From Polymyxa betae A26-41 (lineage: Eukaryota > Protista > Endomyxa: Phytomyxea), in the NCBI GenBank assembly GCA_003693705.1, contig RBZT01000328.1, forward strand, positions 36,510 to 100,509: a stretch of DNA of 64,000 nt. Reading direction: 5' to 3'. Below, one piece after another: positions 25,690 through 38,309 of this stretch. The translations under genes and the position numbers were made by a program. Every line of letters begins with the position of its first letter. The stretch's first letter is position 1. A model generated the notes under the pieces. It had not been told where the DNA came from. It did no database searches and was given only the letters and a program-made list of their open reading frames with translations.

Positions 25690-28600
25690 AGATTGTTACA
25701 GTAGGCTGGCCGGGAGGGTAACTCCAACTATCGATGGAACCCTCATCCCTCTGTTAAAAGCCGCTGAGCCTCCGGATGCTGTTCTGCATCTGAAGTGCCA
25801 AACTCATATGGACGGCACTTTTATTCGATATCGCAAAATTTTAAATCTCCTTGTAGAAGGACCCAGACCGGAATGGGAGCCCGTTTATAACACTCGAATG
25901 CCGCCGGGTGATAAACGTCTCATTCAACGGAGGCAAGGACGCCCTTGTCAGATTTTTAGACGACAGCCGATAAGAGTCCTCTGGGTCGACATCCAATGCG
26001 CTAATTGGCATAGACTCGGTTGAAAGCTCGCGATTAGGAGCACAGACAAAATTCCTGTGCATACTGTCAAGAAACCTTTGCATGTACAAAATTGGTGGGA
26101 GAATGGTAGGTGCGTCTTTCTCTATGAAACTTTTGACAGTCGTTTCTACTTTCTTATCGAGACTGTAGAATCTGAATACGAGATGAGGCAGCGTCATTCC
26201 AATCTCAAACATATTTTGCACTTTACCGAATATAGTCGATGATACCAACAATCAGCCTTTGGGGAGGGGTCTTTCTGACACCGATTAAAACAGAATAATC
26301 CATGATGTCGAGATTAGCTAAAAACCTAGCATCATTCTCTAAAGCTTTATGAAGAAGCTGCGACGATTCTGTTAGAAGTGGTAATGGATTTCCTTGGGTA
26401 AATAAAGCAAAATTTTCATCTTGAAGAACCTATATGCGAACATCTCATTAACTTGAATCAATCCGATTTTGGAAGTTACTTGTCCAGAAGATGTCTCATT
26501 TGGGTTTACAAAATCTTCAGCATTAATATCAATCCAATCAGCATTCGACTGCAGCTTGTGACAAGCATGCTTGGCATCTGACGATGATTGATCTCTGACC
26601 AACCGTCCTACATGCTTGGTATGAGTGCACGATTGTTTATTCTTTAGCAACAAACCTGATGCTTTGCCTTTCAAGTCAAAAACATGGTCTATCAAGGGAT
26701 CGTTCAGTAGATTCGGCATCAATATGTAAAACTTTGATAAATTTGAAGGAAAAGTGATCTCAAAGATACCAAGAATTGGCGTCAAAGCACTTGCGTGTTC
26801 TTGGAAGATATGATTAGCGATATACTCGAAATAATCAGGAGCTAAGTTGGTAAATGTTTTGGCCTGTTGACAATTAGCACATCATTGGCAGTGACGAAGC
26901 GAAATTAGACCTCAGTGGCATTAATTCTCTTTAAAATCAGGCGACGATCCCAGGTCCTAATGAAGGAGGCATTGCTTTTACCGCCCTTGGCCGCCCAGTC
27001 ACGTGACTTGGCCAGCGAATCGATGACAGCGTAATTATTGTCACACAAACAATGTCTCAAGGCCTATCCACAATTTCACAAGCTGTAGAATTGATACTGC
27101 TTCATACCTGGAATTGCTGTGCAAAACCGACCCACACGCGTCCTACATTCAGAATAAGAACTAGACCAAATATTGAATTCACTCAAAGTACCTGCATCTC
27201 CACAGTCGACAGTAACGGCGAACTTGGCAGGAATGGAACCGTGCTTTACAGATCGAAGGACCGATTCACAGCTGTCCTGACCACTATCCGAGATTGCCGG
27301 TAAAAGTGACGCTTGCAGAACCTATGGCTGGGTGATCAACGGCTTACAACTCGATCATTAATCCGGTCACCTTCTCCAATGGCGTTAGCCGCAATTCTGC
27401 TGGAATATCAGCAATTGATCGTTTGCCCATAATGAAAGCAGCATGCTGCAATGACGATAAGGCATGAGCAATCAGCGTTGATACCTGAAACAATTGAGAT
27501 ACTATTTCGCCACAAAATTGTCAGAATGAAACCTGAGATCGAGTAATTGGAACAATACGGCCCCCAAAAGTGCTTGGTACATCCCATCTGGCCGAAATCA
27601 AAGCAGGCTTTGCGACGCCTGTAAGAAAGGTTCGCAAGATTTTGGGAACAGCCGCAAGCTCATAATTCCGGTCAGTTAAATTTGCCTGAACACATTTCAG
27701 TGTTACTTTAGCAAACATAATTCACTATACTTGTAAAATCCAGCCTGAAGCGGTCTTCAATAAAGGCAAATAGAGTTGGCGAGCGCGAATAAGCCCAATG
27801 TCTTCAAATGCGAGATCCAAAGCGGCTTTTCTTATCTGACCGCATTCCTTCACGATCCTGTTGCGAAGAATATCGCAAGCAGAATCAATGACGAGAGCAG
27901 GAGCATTTCTGTTGATATGTCGAAGAGCCAACTCTTGAGTGACGTCCAGCAACCAAATCAGTCGAGATAGTTCCAGACGTGCCATTCGAGCAGAGAAATG
28001 ATGCGGGATAACGACTCGTTGCATTAATGACAGCTCGAACGGAACTTCCATGGTGTACTGAAATGTGGCGATCATGTTATTGAAGGCAAAGCAACGGATC
28101 ATATCACGATGAATTCTATGACCGCAGGTATCTAGCCTGGACCTGGTCCTATAATCATAAAAGCATATTTCAAAGTACCTATAAATTGGTTGAGAATGAA
28201 TGCAAAGACGGGCTATATTTCAACTTTGTCAGCGAAAGGCGTAAGGTTCGGCTTGAGAGAACTGTAACTGGTGATGAACGACGGCGACATTCAGAGCACC
28301 AAAGCCATGATACGATCCCGTCTGACTGGTCTTGTAATAAGGATTGCGGTAGATTATCGACCTCGATTATCAATTTGCCATTCCCATGGACAATGCAGCA
28401 TCTAGACAAAATCAGGAGCTCGGCATTGGCCAAAACGCAACTTCACCTATGGTCAGCTAATCCTCGACCACAGCTACAGATTCGCTTAGGGTTGAAACAG
28501 GTTTCGAACAGAAACTCACCCAGCGACGACTGTGATTGGCATTGCTAATCAGAATCTGAAAAGCACATGCTCATCTGGGCACCTTACATCTATAGCGCCA

Positions 28601-30512
28601 TAAAAGGTCGTTCGCGCCACTCGAGGACGGAAGCAAACGACATGCTTCTGGCTGGTGGAGACCTCTTTGTGCATCCAGTAAATACCGAAAGTAAGCGACC
28701 AGATGAGCTCAGCGGTACTGGCTTGGCCACTGGCTAGACCACAATGCAAACTAGGTTCTGGTGGCACTTCACTTGAAGTATCATCCCGATCTGATGCCAA
28801 AACATGTGAAGCAACGAGAGGAGATGATGCTAGCGGATTCCAACAAGCAGAATCAACATCAACAATGGCGTCTTCGTCGGTATCCAATATACCGATGCTC
28901 GAAGAAACATGATCGAACTGCTCTGGAGCCACAGTTGCCGAACTGTCAGAGACATAAGAAATTTCAAGAGACAAACTCCAGGCCAGAAATACGGCCGTCT
29001 TTGCAATTGACTCCAAAGCTCTTGACTGAGCAGAACTCGATACTCCTTGAAGAAGCAAAGTCGCATAGAAGGAAGGGTCGCTTCCAGACAACTTCATGAA
29101 CGTTGATGGTTTGGTTTCTGAGAATGATAGCGGATCATCAGCTGGAAGGTCATATCTTTCAATTGAAAACGATCCGCAGCGACCCTGAAGAAAAAACTTG
29201 ATATTGGTCTCGTGACAATAATTCCTACCTACATAAATCTGCTCTGATTCGACAGAAGAATCCATGAGTGTAGTGGCGTTCAGAACCCGGACATGCAAAG
29301 CTCGACGTAGCAAAGCCAAATCAGAATTGGAGACGCCACAAATGACGCTGATCCCATGATCCTGAAAGATTCGGGCAGTTTGCAGCGAGACTGTTTCTAA
29401 GGTCACAGTTAGTAGTTGATGATACACACGCCCACTCGCTAACCTTTACAGATAATCACGTCTGGGCACAGGATCAAGATCTTCTCAACAAACGATTGTA
29501 CGTGAGATGCGGACGGGATTGAGCGCAAAGATGTGAGAGTGCTTGGCAGGGTTAATGCAAGAACTCCATCGATAATCAAGATGTATGGGTCGGCAATAGA
29601 AGTCGCCATCTTCCGGTGTACGACATTGAGTCCCTTTAGAACGACTCCGTTGATAATTATGCTATCACTAGCTGACCCAGATGCCACTCCAACGATCTAA
29701 GAAGACACTCAGAGAAATGAGGACGCCTGCCGACATTTCTTACATTGATCATTTCAGAGATGGTGCCATCTGAGGGCATAGGTTGGAGTTGCCAAGCGCA
29801 GTGCAGGGCGAAATTGACAATAGTTTCGAGCCAGATCTGATACACAAGCCCATGCCGAATCAAAAGCTGTTTCACGACATGCCGCAGGTGACCATGGTAT
29901 AGGTCAACTAAAAGTAGCTTGCTATCAGAGACAGTTCTGGAGAGAATCATGCTTCGCTGCGTTTGGTGTTGCAGAGTTCTATTGTCATACGTGTCCATGC
30001 TGTCAATTAGCAGTTTCATTGCAGGATTCAGATTTGATTCGGCACTAGCCGCTTCGGATCGTTGAAACTCGTTAAGTGTGGGTAATGAGGCCATGGCTGA
30101 AAGCTTGGATCGAGGAATCCTCGAAGCGCGATAATATGTGAAACACGTTAAGCACGCCCTGACCATTGGCTGATCAGGGTAGGAATTTTCAGGACCAGGA
30201 ACCTGACGAGCACTGCAAGATCCACAAAAAATGAAACCGCACAGGCGACAATGGTGCTGCAAAACACCAATCAGTTTCGATTGTCGCTAATCGTCGATGA
30301 CAAATCCAATGTACTCTTCTAACGAGGAAAGAAAAGGGCTGAGTGCAGGACATGCATGCTGGACACGTACTATCTTCTTGCCAGAACTTCGTACCTTTCA
30401 TTGGATACAACGAAGAATGATGTCGTTGAGGTTCATTGGGGACGGATTCCTGACCAGAATCTTGGCCTGACCAGCCAGAAACCAACGAGGCCAGCGATAC
30501 CAGCATGCCCAT
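25690..30512 (-). CDS. FAB1: 1-phosphatidylinositol-3-phosphate 5-kinase Fab1/PIKfyve
   Basis: FYVE domain (WQED..C..C, RRHHCRLCG..FC..CS); chaperonin-like domain (SIIINGVV..NVVHRKM); CSEC motif; PIPK motifs GGKS, FDLKG, IMDYS, VGIIDYIR, PTILPP. Confidence 0.92.
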
Positions 30513-30857
30513 TCAAGTCATGGCGACGAGGTCGACATCGTCACATACATTAATGGGAGATCGTCATATTGTACTAGAGCAGATCAGTTCTAGCACATTC
30601 AGCTTTTTGTTTCTGCCAGCGTCAACATTCCAGAACGTGGGGAATCCAATGTTAGCTGAGCGTTGATTAGAATTCGATCCCAATTTGTTGCATTATGTCG
30701 ATATGATTGAACCATTTGACGTGATAGACAGAAGGTGAAAATTATTATGGGGGACCTGGAAGTCGCTCTGTCTGACGCAGAATTCATTTGATTTGCCCGC
30801 TGTTATCTTCCCAACTCTCTCAGTACTAAAGAAAGGTTCGAGCTACGATTGCAACAA

Positions 30858-31322
30858 ATGGCGACCACCTTTACGAAACAGATTGTGACGCAAGGATCTG
30901 GACCAACACCCAGGCCGCATCAGAAGGTGACAGTGGCTGCCGACCTGTATCTAGCCGCCGATAACACGGCCATCTGGAGCACCCATCAGCCTGCTGTATA
31001 ATTAGTGTCTCGGTATAGCCCGGCAATTCTGACGTTCATTAGGGATTCTTGTTTCCAGCCAAGAATGGCCATCAACCGTTTACGTACGAAGCGGGTGTTG
31101 GTACTGTCGTCCCGGGGTCAGATCGTTTTGTAATTAGCATCGTGTACTTCGAGTTACCCCTTCTTTAGGTGGGAGGATGGCGTTGCATCCATGCAATTGG
31201 GAGAGAAAGCTCGCCTTCACATCCCTTGGCAGTACGCATACGGTGCCAATGGTCATCCGGGATTTAAAATTCCTCCAAAAGCTGACCTCATCTTTGAGAT
31301 TACTGTCATGAACATTCAATGA
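30858..31322 (+). CDS. FKBP12-type peptidyl-prolyl isomerase, absent from the ORF track
   Basis: Spliced translation MATTFTKQIVTQGSGPTP...IWSTH...VVPGWEDGVASMQLGEKARLHIPWQYAYGANGHPGFKIPPKADLIFEI. Confidence 0.9.
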
Positions 31323-31417
31323 ATTGGCAAGCAATTTTCATGCAAAATATGCCTTTATTTTCACGCTTAAGATACTAAGAGGAACACAAATTGCGGTCAA
31401 GAAGGAAGTCGTTAAAT

Positions 31418-34194
31418 CTAGATATCGACGATAACGTAGGCATCTGTTCGCTCGGGTTGTTCATTGACTTGTAAGCTGGCTAGCGTAATGGCCTTGATCT
31501 CGGTCCCGGACTCATGTTTCTGAGCATTGTAAGGCTCACCATGCCCAACTGCATACAGCCGGTACAGCCCATCCTGATCGATAGTGATCTGCTTAACGTC
31601 AACCCGCTTGCAGATGATCTGCTTGCGTGTGCTGAACCGGAACAAGAGTTCATCCAAGAATTTGTAGAGAAGATCCTTGTCGTCTTCGCCAATAACCTAT
31701 AAAACGAAAGTCAGCTTTTAAAAAGTGATCCTTGGAATCCATACTTCAAATACGAAATCATATTGAGGTTCAATTTGCACTTTTCCAGTATTGGCCAGAT
31801 AATTGAACATACAGTCGGCCATATTCCCAAATGCCTCTAACTTTGTAGGGCCCCATGAATGGAATTGAATATCTGCGGGATGTGGCAGATCTACAAAACA
31901 ACCACCGCTTAACATATCGCTTAAACGGTTATATCTTCAGTCAATTACATTCGTATTGAACATGGCGACCACTTTCAGCTCCGACTCCAATAACTTCATT
32001 CTTGGTTTCTGAGAGCAATGTGAGATCGATCCTTGAGTGAGAATAAAGCACTACCAACCGAATGAGGCGGCGCCAGGTTGTTTTCCCTTTTCCTGCTTTA
32101 GCGGCGCCTCGGTGCGTTCATGGAAACCCTCGCGAGGAAATTGCATCTTGGCGAACTCGGAAGTCAATCCACCCATATTTGATATTGGTATCGCTTCGCC
32201 TTGGACTGACGCCGTCTCGCTACCGAATCGCCCAGTTGATGGACCACGCTCAGCAGATGTCTGGTCTGGGAGACGCTCCTGTTGCAAACGCTGTTCTCGA
32301 TTTGATTCACCAAACGACGGCTCGCCTTGCGTGAACGCCTGTTGTTGAGGTTGCTGCTTGCTATCTGGTGGCCGCTGTTGTCGACCTTCAGGCCCTTTAT
32401 ACCCTTCACCCTGTGCGTAGAATATATCGCCCTGGTTCGAAGGTTGCTGACCACGTTCTTCACCCGAGATCGGTTGTGAAGAGCGCTCTGGAGAAGTTGG
32501 GGCGGGTTCAACAGTCGAAATTAGCACGTCCAGTTTGTTCGCTTGCTGTTCACCTAGGAATCCTGTTCCACGTTCGTGAACCTCTTGAAGTTCCGGAGCC
32601 GATGATCGCCTTTGCTGTTCTCCTAATTTTTTAGGAAACTGTTCCGATTCGCCAGCGACGGGAATGTCGGTGGTGACTTGTTCCTCTTGAGTAGTTTTGC
32701 CAGTTCCGCTTTGTTCCGGTCCTGTTGCGGATGGCGGACGGTCAGGTTGTTCCTCTGTTAGTTCCTGACGATATTCTGGGCCTTGTTGTTCGCTAGGTTT
32801 GCGAGGAGCTTGCTCCTCATCGCCAGCGATCGGAATCTCCTTCCCCGGCTGTGACTTTCGCTGACTTTCAACTATACGGGTGGGCTCCGGACGTGGCACC
32901 TGTTTTGAGCCTCTCGCGGCCGACTCTGCAGTTCGAGTGCCAGATTGTCCCTGAGCTAGTCCTGCAGGACGCTTCTGATCAAATGCTCCAATCTGACCGG
33001 ATCCCAATTCTTTCTCGGAAGGTGCCGATGGTTCCGCCGATTCTCCATACCCATTGAAACGCTCCCCAGCTTGGTCGCGAGACAAATCTGTAGGGCGCTG
33101 CTGTTGTTCAAATGCGCCAACCTGATCGGACCCCATTTCTTTCTCGGAAGGTGCCGAAGGTTCCGCCGATTCTCCATACCCCTTGAAATGCTCCCCAGCT
33201 TGCTCGCGAGACAAATCTGTACGGCGCTGCTGTTGTCTAAACGCTGCAACTGGACTGAATCCCAGGTTTCTCTCAGAGGGTACCGATGGGGCCGTCGGTT
33301 CGCCAGCTTCCTCATCACGTTTTCCAGCTTGACCTTGGGCCATACCTGTAGGGTGTTGCTGTTTGAAGGTGCCGGTCTGGCCAGCTCCGAATTCTTTCTC
33401 AGATGGCGCCGATGGTGCAACTGGTTCGCCAGATCTCTCAAACCGTTGGTAGGTTTGAGGGCCAGATTTCGCTTGTTCATCAGGGACGAACCGCTGCTGG
33501 GTTATTGGACGCCCCCCAAAAGCCAGAGGCTCGGAAACGCCTGGCTCTTGCTGATTCGTAGTTTGCTGTAGCCCTTCTCTACCCATACCTGCGCCACCGA
33601 CTGGCTCAGGGCGCCCTTCACGATAGGCCGTCTGTTCCCGCTCGGGCTCCTCACGATATTTCTGTTGCTGGGCCTGCTCGCGATCAGCATCGGCCTGCTC
33701 CGCTATCGATCGAGCTGCTGTTCCTTCGGCAGGCCCTGCGGATGGTACTGGCTCGCCGCCTCCGACCAGCGGCTCTGCCATTTCAGCGACAGATGGAATA
33801 TCACCGCCATGTTGAGTCTGACTACTACGTGTACTAGACTGAGGCTCCGCTGCTTCTGCCATTGATGGAACATCTTCATATCTCTCAGTTTGTTTTAATC
33901 CGCCTCGAGTCCCTTCGTCAGCAGCTTCGGCCATAGAACGCAGGCCTTCACCGCTTTGGCGTCCTTCAGAAACAGGTTTTTCTGCTTGTTCAGACATCAT
34001 TTGGAGATTAGGCTGGTCAGGTTTTACACCAGCTCCGGGTTGGGAACTAAAGTCCTGGAAAGTGTCAGCGAAGGTGGGCAAATGTCGATTGGACAACTTA
34101 CTGGTTTCGTTGAGATTTGCTCCGAAGGCACCTGTAATGCCTGGGCTCTCTCTCGCTCAGAAGACGAGCTCATTTTGCTTTGATGACTTCCCAT
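31418..34194 (-). CDS. Archease fused to a ~700-aa disordered repeat N-terminus with N-myristoylation motif (about 857 aa)
   Basis: Exons 34194-34102, 34054-32059, 32008-31949, 31890-31745 and 31696-31418 joined by 47, 50, 58 and 48 nt GT-AG introns give one 2574-nt ORF; archease motifs YEYLPHPADIQFHSWG, LLYKFLDELLF, GTEIKAIT, terminal VIVDI. Confidence 0.8.
32940..33430 (-). repeat. Coding tandem repeat, about 4 x 126-129 bp (42-43 aa)
   Basis: GESAEPSAPSEKExGSxQxGAFxQ...QAGExFxGY units in ORF 32051..34096. Confidence 0.9.
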
Positions 34195-35174
34195 CATTTC
34201 TCTCACCAGATCGTTCTAGCGTTTGATGACAGAGATAGCGTTGATTTCATTCAAAAACAATGAAATTCTTGTCACGCGTTCTGAGTGGATTTTTCACCGT
34301 TCCGATAAATTGATTACTTGGTCTCCATCCATTCGAGTCCACACTTTGCTGCTTCATCGATGAAGTCTTTGCTATCTGAACTTTTCTGCTGCCTCCCAAG
34401 TTGCGACTGCAGATCTGTTGAAGGTAAAACCAAATGACAAAACTGGTAATATTCGAGAGAATGCAGAGTCTTGTACTTTTGGTCATTCGTTGGATTGTTT
34501 GTGACTACTTATTTCTGTGAGTTTTCGATATAAAAAAGTGGTTTATGCTTTACGCAGATGGTGACAAATGGTAGTGAATGGTTTTTCAAGTGTATGCATC
34601 ATCGTCTGATTTAACCATGATATGGAACAGATGCTTGATCACCATCAACCGTCAGCTGTAGCCGTCTCGACTGCAATCATCATGACAGAGGTCAAACGAT
34701 ACGCCATGGCGGTGACAGCGATGGCTGGCTTCGTTGGATATCGGACGAACCAGACAGGATTTACACGGATCAGGCTACAGATGAAGCTGATGATGAAATG
34801 AAGAGAAACCTCAAAAAAAAGAAACACAAAACACAAAAAAACCTAGTCGAATTTGCATTTCGATGTAAAGCGCTTTAAATCTTTCAAAGCTTCTCGGGAG
34901 GTGTTTTAAACGAGTACCACAAACAGGGAGTTTGAAGCGCTTCGAAATTTTTGCGGAACGTCAATTTGGTTACTTTTGAAACGTTTGAAAGCAGAGCCTG
35001 GAAGCAGCGGAATACGCGACTTTGATGGCCACCTATTGCCTATTGGCTAGTGTTAGCAAACGTAGAAAACATTACAGGGCTTACGCCAGGAGAGAATGTT
35101 GTTTAATGGTGGCGCGTGGTTCGGTGGTTTAACTGGCCTACGCCATTCATGACGCAAACCATCAACCGGTAAAT

Positions 35175-35420
35175 ATGTCGTGTCGATGCTCATCACGAAT
35201 TCGGGCGTCAACTCCATCATTATGGATTGACAGCAGCAACGAAGTCGTTGATTACGACAGCGACATGCTCAGTGCTCTGGGCAACGCGAGTAGCAAGTCT
35301 TTGGACAAACGTTGCTGTGACAAACCGATAGATTCGCTGCCGAAGGGCCAATCATTGCCGGCGCAGAAACAGGCTGAAATCCATAGAATACGACGTTATT
35401 TATTGGAACAGAACAAATAG
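35175..35420 (+). CDS. Hypothetical protein (81 aa)
   Basis: ATG-started intronless ORF; no family recognised. Confidence 0.3.
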   Translation: MSCRCSSRIRASTPSLWIDSSNEVVDYDSDMLSALGNASSKSLDKRCCDKPIDSLPKGQSLPAQKQAEIHRIRRYLLEQNK

Positions 35421-36146
35421 AAAAAGGCATTTTCAAAATGACTCGAACTCGTAATGGCGAACTTCGCGAAACCGAATGGTCGCGCTCTCGCAGGTGTTAA
35501 ACGTGGCCTTTGACAACGGTCTGGACTGAAGACCAGCGGCCGATGCATTTTAGCCTGACGATTGACAATCTTTGCAGGCGACCAGCCGCTCCCGCCATCT
35601 CTTCATAGTTCGCCAATCGACGCCGGACTGATGACCGACCAGATAGAGCATCCCTGGTTGTGCCAACGCCTCGTTGACGATATTAATACGACACGGACTG
35701 CTGCGACCCATGATGGAATGATGATCGGAGATCCTCCATACATAAATCCCTCGCGACGTCCGCTTCAATCGGGCGCCAAATTTCACTGGAAACCCAGCAA
35801 AGCAATTGATCGTTTATGGCTGAAATCTGGCTCAGAATCCGAATTTGTCGTCCACTGTCTAACTACGTTAGCCGGATATTGGGAATCGATCTCAAAATGC
35901 ATTTGATTCTTTGCCCGAGAACCGAGACTAATCGGCTCCCCTCCGGATGCCGTGGCGGCATGAAATGAATTGCGACATTGACCCGCGCGATTTTATCGGG
36001 TCGCTGAGGATCTCTTCGAAGAATCCTGGCGGGTCCAGGAACTCGTCCTCATACCTGAATTGGAAATCGTATTGATTAGTGAGCGTTGTTGTGCCTTCTC
36101 TCGTTGAGATCGTCCATCAATGTTTATGCGTGACTGCGTGTCTGTA

Positions 36147-38128
36147 ATGACATCCTCATATATTGGCATTATCGTTATAGGTTTGCTATCATCTGTAGCG
36201 GCTCTCACCGAAATCAACTTCGAGATCAAACATATTCCAAGCAGCTGGAAGTCCGGGTTCGCGCTCGAAGTAGTACTGGAAGGACGATGCGAAACCAGGT
36301 TGTCGAGCAAGGGTTCGGGTCGCCATGGACCGGAGCCGCTCTGGTCGCACGTCTACTCGAGCAGTTCGATTAGTAAATCGAAAGATGCACTATCTGGGAA
36401 ATTTTCCATTGAAGAGTGCGATTTCACGTCGTATATTCGTGTTGAGATTCTGCGAAATCGTGGTTCACTCTTGTGCCATCGAGAAGAGGTTTTTGCAACA
36501 TCGCGGATTCTAACGTCGCGTTTGTTGAAGCCGGATACGTTTTACTTTGAAAGCGCCGATAATGCCATTATTCACGGGAAGAAATCCATTCCTACCCAGA
36601 TATCGATGTGCCCTGGCTCAAGCTCAATCCCCATCCTTGATGAACCCGATTCCAAAAGACTGCTGTTCATGACTCGAGGAACCCGAGGTGACGTCCAGCC
36701 GTTTGTTGCATCTGCAAGGGAACTGGCTGAACGATACGGCTTTCATGTCACCATTTGTACGGAATCCACCTTCCAGAACTTCATCGAAGGCAACAGTCGT
36801 GTTCGGCGAGGAAGTATCGAGTTTGTACCGTCGGGAGGCAATACAGCCGAGCGCATCAAGGGGACGGCAGCTTCAATATTCATTGATGCCAATTGCGCAG
36901 CTGTTCAAGCCTTTATGATGTCTCGTGCTGAAATCGAATTCTTCGAATCAGAGCCCGTTTTCTATGAGACTGCACGACGCCTCCGTCCTCGTGCTATTGT
37001 TTATGGGTTTATTTTAACATCTTTGGCGACTGTCGTCTCTGAATCTCTTCGTATCCCTATTGTTGGGTTCATTCTTCAGCCTACAATTTTGCCTTCCAGA
37101 GATCATGATCCAGTCATTCCAATCCCTGATTATCATGATGAGGCTTGTAGCAAAGAGCTCATCGCTAGTCTGCGCGCGCTCTCGAAAGGGATTTTCAGCA
37201 TTCGACGACGACGAGGTTTGTGTCCACTGAACAAGCTCTATGATCCTTGGGACTATTTGATGAGACAAAGATCGCCCATGGTGGTTCCCATTCCCACCAT
37301 GGCCTTCGGTAAACGTCCAAGTGATTGGCCTGATGCGATCATGATGACCGATTTTATCTATCTCAATGATGCCCATCATGCTGAATTGTCTCCCGAACTG
37401 GAAGCATTCTTATCCATTGGTGGTGACCGCCCCGTCTTGGCAATCGCCTTCTCCAGCATGCCTGTCAGCAAATCCACAATGAATGATCTGATTCTCTCGA
37501 TCGCATCCAAAAGTTCCACCCAGCCACGAATCATCCTAGTTGGAAAATCGCCCTCTCTGGAGGCTTCATCAAAATCGGTGGAAGAGAAGCTGGAATCGCT
37601 CAGACAGTCGAATCAGTTAATTGAAGTCAGCAGTGCACCGTTTAATCTTCTCTTCCAAGAATCTCTGCTGCTGTCATTCATGGTGGTTTAGGAACAACAG
37701 CAGAAGCAATCAAGGCTGGGTTACCTGTGATTGTTACTGGTACATTACTGATGGATCAGCGATTCTGGGGCGAACGAATCCGTGTCTTAGGGATGGGACC
37801 TTCCATGATATCCATCAGCAAGTTTCTGGAGTCAGCTCCCTCTGTAATCGATGCTCTCTTCGAGCCAGAGGCGTTCGCATCCTACAAACTCAATGCTGAA
37901 CAGTTATCATTGAGTCTGAGGGAGCAGAACTCAGGGGATGCATCGGACGCTCTGGCTTCTGCTATCGTCTCGGCACTTCCTGTCGATTTCGTCAATGTTA
38001 AATTCCAGTTAGTCGGGATGCTCGAAGCGACTACGTTTGTGCTTCGAGCCATTGCAGGCTTATCTTTATCTGCCCTGAACCATGCTTTTCGTGGTTTATC
38101 TGACTCGGTTTTATTCAGATTGCACTAA
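36147..38128 (+). pseudogene. GT1 sterol 3-beta-glucosyltransferase-like glycosyltransferase with 1-nt frameshift (pseudogene or assembly error)
   Basis: TRGTRGDVQPF N-domain motif; at ~37656 TTC CA AGA lacks one base of expected F-P-R; other frame continues ISAAVIHGGLGTTAEAIKAGLP...DQRFWG; intronless. Confidence 0.8.
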
Positions 38129-38309
38129 GATCACGTGATTGCTCCCTGCTCATTGTACATTTGTTTAGTTTTGTCAATACATTCCAAATTGTACTACTAT
38201 CTCGCGTATTCCCACCACTGTTTCAGCTTTCAAGTTCAGCATAGGCTCGAGCTACTTCTAAAACGCCATCGAGAAATTTTACAGAATGTCCTGTATTTGT
38301 GAAAGAGTT

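Noticed and set aside
32051-34096. 681-aa ORF as a standalone gene
   Set aside because: It starts at a TTG inside a predicted intron, and canonical introns at both ends join it to an upstream ATG exon and the downstream archease exons
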